NCBI GenBank assembly: GCA_002269645.1
Contig: NIVC01000016.1
Span: 858,638-922,637, forward strand
DNA length: 64,000 nt
Origin: Macrostomum lignano
Taxonomy: Eukaryota
Direction of reading: 5' to 3'
Shown: positions 62,600-64,000 of the stretch, one piece after another
Position numbering within the stretch: the stretch's first letter is position 1
Layout: every line of letters starts with the position of its first letter
Translations under genes and position numbers: made by a program
Notes under the pieces: generated by a model
The model's input: only the letters and a program-made list of their open reading frames with translations
Database searches by the model: none
Told to the model about the DNA's origin: nothing

Positions 62600-64000
62600 G
62601 CTATCTATTTATTTTGTGCAGTGTATTGTCCTGCCATACTCGTCTGATCTATCGAAGCTTAAGCGCTTTGAGTACTCCGGAAGCTCTCTAATCTCTCTAA
62701 TTAACTCTATAACAACCCCTGGATCCCCAGGCCGAGGCGGAGGCGCTCAAGCAGGCCCTGGATGAGGCAAAGCGGCAGCTGGAAGAGAAACGGGCCGAGA
62801 TCAAGGCCCGCAATCAGGCTATCCGGGATCTGGAGGAGCAGGCGAAGGCGCTGCAGTCGGAGGTCAGCCAGCGAGAGCTGCGGCTGGCCAACCTGCAGCA
62901 CCAGCTGGCCGACCAGGCCAAGGAGGCAGCGGATGCGCAGCACAAAGTCAACGAGCTGCTCGCCTCTCACCCGTGGATCGAGTCGGAGAAGCGGCACTTT
63001 AATCAGCCCGGCGGTCATTTCGACTTCCAGGTGAGACCGATCGACAAGTGCATGGATTCACGGGCCTTCAAATCCTAGTCTCCGCATATCTCCATATCCC
63101 AGATTCTTCCCAATCTTTAAATCCCGAATTCTTCCCAATCTTTAATCCCAGATTCTTTCCTATCTTCAAATCCCAGATTCTTCCCGATCTTCAAATCCCA
63201 GATTCTTCCCGATCTTCAAATCCAGATTCTTCCCGATCTTCAAATCCCAGATTCTTCCCGATCTTTAATCCCAGATTCTTCCCAATCTTTAATCCCGAAT
63301 TCTTCCCAATCTTCTTAACCATGAATCTTCCCAATCTTTAAATCCCAGATTCTTCCCAATCTTCAAATCCCAGATTCTTCCCGATCTTCAAATCCCAGAT
63401 TCTTCCCGATCTTTAATCCCAGATTCTTCCCAATCTTTAATCCCGAATTCTTCCCAATCTTCTTAACCATGAATCTTCCCAATCTTTAATCCCTGATTCT
63501 TCATAATTGGCAGATTCAGATAGTTACCAGGGTAAGTGCCGGATTGCCGGTTCAGATGGTAGCCTCAGGTGACAAGTTAAACTACTTCAGGATCAGATGG
63601 CAGATTCGGCTACTTCAGGATCAGATGGCAGATTTTGCTACTTCAGGGTCAGATGGCAGATTCGGCTACTTCAGGATCAGATGGCAGATTGCTACTTCAG
63701 GGTCAGATGGCAGATTCGGCTACTTCAGGGTCAGATGGCAGATTCTGCTACTAAAGCCCCGCTATTTCCCCAACCGCACCATCGCAGGGCAACAATCCCA
63801 AGGGCAGCGAGCCCGGCTAACAAGCTGGAGGAACGCAAGGAGCGATTGGGCAAGTCTGTGAACATGCGAGCCATGAACATGCTGACCACTGCCGAGCAGC
63901 AATACGCTGATCTGGTTGGCAAGCGGGACATTGTGCTGACTGAACAAGGCAAGATACAGGGCATTAATTGACGAGCTGGACAAGAAGAAAAATGAAGCTC
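43148..64000 (+). CDS. SMC2: Structural maintenance of chromosomes protein 2 (condensin), 3' end beyond window
   Basis: Exons 43148-43315, 52992-53303, 55722-55832, 56264-56464, 57174-57594, 58131-58306, 59905-60431, 61181-61650, 62203-62391, 62731-63030, 63788-end. Walker [29 protein letters not shown], hinge [17 protein letters not shown] and [15 protein letters not shown]. Four apparent frameshifts. Confidence 0.95.
44178..46198. mobile_element. Decayed foldback/MITE-like element with ~600-bp imperfect inverted arms
   Basis: 44178-44780 is the reverse complement of 45485-46198 (e.g. aaaagcagatactggattaaaaa / tttttaatccagtatctgctttt). Each arm has an internal ~190-bp direct repeat. An extra inverted copy of the terminal ~100 bp lies at 45820-45925. 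Confidence 0.65.
47559..47719 (-). repeat. 3' LTR
   Basis: Direct repeat of 51976-52136, adjacent to the PPT. Confidence 0.95.
47720..47738 (-). promoter_or_regulatory. Polypurine tract
   Basis: GAAGAAGGGAGA abuts the 3' LTR on the minus strand. Confidence 0.8.
47807..51009 (-). CDS. pol: Retrotransposon Pol (protease, RT, RNase H, integrase) with a 1-nt frameshift near 48830
   Basis: DTG protease, RLCLDP..LN, FIDD RT site, [10 protein letters not shown] and YAQIEKE RNase H, HTGHPG..C..C zinc finger, and integrase GTD..SDNG..AERGVQT. Confidence 0.92.
51055..51894 (-). CDS. gag: Retrotransposon Gag
   Basis: [27 protein letters not shown], and twin zinc knuckles CSFCGKKH..C and [14 protein letters not shown]. 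Confidence 0.9.
   Translation of the reverse strand: MDGRLKPPKPFCFDEHKAENWSKWISAFELYMTATKRDESLAKVQIATLLTAIGEEGREIYSTFEKSEGDEELSKVTKLFKEYCKPSVNKTFERYKFRQRRQNEHESIDSFVSGLKQLIKTCSFEKPAYELTVNESIIRDQIVLGIRDTELREWLLREQELTLDKAISICRASESSKTQVRIMMGNTSGEISKYIQREVNSIVKPRSTGRPDLKYKERRPNKRFGSNGKPMVGKSEGCSFCGKKHKKGSCPAYGKTCKSCRKQNHFSNVCRNKTVRALD
51961..51975 (-). promoter_or_regulatory. Primer-binding site (TGGTGTCAGAGGTGC, tRNA-Leu-like)
   Basis: Begins with TGG immediately inside the 5' LTR. TGGTGTCAGA resembles the complement of tRNA-Leu 3' ends; the isoacceptor was not verified. Confidence 0.7.
51976..52136 (-). repeat. 5' LTR
   Basis: Direct repeat of 47559-47719, adjacent to the PBS. Confidence 0.95.
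52992..53303 (+). CDS. SMC2: SMC2 exon 2
   Basis: [26 protein letters not shown]. 104 codons. Confidence 0.95.
53400..55480. repeat. ~20-21-bp minisatellite TAGATCAAGATCCCAATCCC with duplicated higher-order blocks
   Basis: Direct reading. A rare variant tagatcaaagatcccaaatccgtag recurs near 54100, 54710 and 55150. Confidence 0.95.
55722..55832 (+). CDS. SMC2: SMC2 exon 3
   Basis: [18 protein letters not shown]. ctgcag acceptor, gtaagt donor. Confidence 0.93.
56264..56464 (+). CDS. SMC2: SMC2 exon 4
   Basis: [18 protein letters not shown]. 67 codons. Confidence 0.9.
56570..57125. repeat. ~21-bp G-rich minisatellite AATCTGAAGGTGGTGGGGGGAC
   Basis: Direct reading. Confidence 0.94.
57174..57594 (+). 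CDS. SMC2: SMC2 exon 5 (coiled coil)
   Basis: Open coiled-coil frame ending [18 protein letters not shown]. gtgagt donor. Confidence 0.85.
57640..58075. repeat. ~22-bp minisatellite GCACTGACAAGGGTAGAGGGGT
   Basis: Direct reading. Confidence 0.94.
58131..58306 (+). CDS. SMC2: SMC2 exon 6
   Basis: ctttcag acceptor in phase 1, gtaagc donor. Confidence 0.87.
58911..58984 (+). mobile_element. CORE-SINE-like fragment
   Basis: cccattttacagctggctgggtgaactgaagcaatg..gagtgtcttgctaaaggacacaa resembles the CORE domain consensus (..AAGTG(T/A)CTTGC(T/C)CAAGG(A/T)CAC..), recalled rather than searched. Confidence 0.5.
59160..59850. repeat. ~22-bp degenerate minisatellite ATAGAAGAGTGACAGGCAGTGC
   Basis: Direct reading. 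Confidence 0.92.
59905..60431 (+). CDS. SMC2: SMC2 exon 7 (hinge), 1-nt frameshift near 60029
   Basis: Restoring one base gives [42 protein letters not shown]. Length 527 nt. Confidence 0.88.
60500..61080. repeat. 33-bp minisatellite GACCTCCCAGATCGTCATTAGGGTCATCTCTAT
   Basis: Direct reading. Confidence 0.96.
61181..61650 (+). CDS. SMC2: SMC2 exon 8 (hinge end), 1-nt frameshift near 61241
   Basis: [21 protein letters not shown], then (E)GTLSGG in the next frame. Length 470 nt. Confidence 0.88.
61715..62110. repeat. 42-bp minisatellite GAATAGAATGGATTGCTAATCTAGCCTACATCAATGATGAAA
   Basis: Direct reading. Confidence 0.93.
62203..62391 (+). CDS. SMC2: SMC2 exon 9
   Basis: 63 codons, coiled coil. 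ctccag acceptor, gtgagt donor. Confidence 0.88.
62409..62598. repeat. (GTCT)n microsatellite
   Basis: Direct reading. Confidence 0.96.
62731..63030 (+). CDS. SMC2: SMC2 exon 10
   Basis: 100 codons ending [21 protein letters not shown]. Confidence 0.9.
63090..63505. repeat. ~25-bp minisatellite AATCCCAGATTCTTCCCGATCTTCA
   Basis: Direct reading. Confidence 0.93.
63575..63750. repeat. 28-bp minisatellite TACTTCAGGGTCAGATGGCAGATTCGGC
   Basis: Direct reading. Confidence 0.92.
63788..64000 (+). CDS. SMC2: SMC2 exon 11 (partial, two apparent frameshifts)
   Basis: [28 protein letters not shown], then [11 protein letters not shown] in a shifted frame. Confidence 0.85.

Overview
Eukaryotic (animal) genomic DNA with spliceosomal GT-AG introns. 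GC-rich exons and minisatellite-filled introns suggest a Macrostomum-like flatworm, which is an inference and was not verified. Three genes can be rebuilt by hand with consistent intron phases. (1) The 3' part of a plus-strand echinoid/nephrin-like Ig-superfamily adhesion receptor: Ig domains, FN3, TM, PDZ-type tail; 11 exons, 11590-25789. (2) A complete minus-strand DENND1/connecdenn-like Rab GEF: 6 exons, 39282-30078, 645 aa. (3) Plus-strand condensin SMC2: 11 exons from 43148, running off the window end. DENND1 and SMC2 are head-to-head across an AT-rich block. Mobile elements include a 984-bp palindromic Penelope-like insertion with a 14-bp TSD and hammerhead-like ends, a deleted mariner with ~218-bp TIRs, a decayed foldback element, a full-length Ty3/gypsy element (161-bp LTRs, AGAAG TSD) and a CORE-SINE-like fragment. 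About 30 tandem arrays are present, including an 11.5-kb 20-bp satellite. No CRISPR, rRNA or tRNA genes were seen. Single-base frameshifts in SMC2 and the IgCAM probably reflect long-read consensus errors. Best leads: the PLE palindrome and ribozyme, inverted minisatellites bracketing a symmetric DENND1 exon, a minisatellite apparently seeded from an exon-intron junction, and an in-frame TGA between gag and pol.
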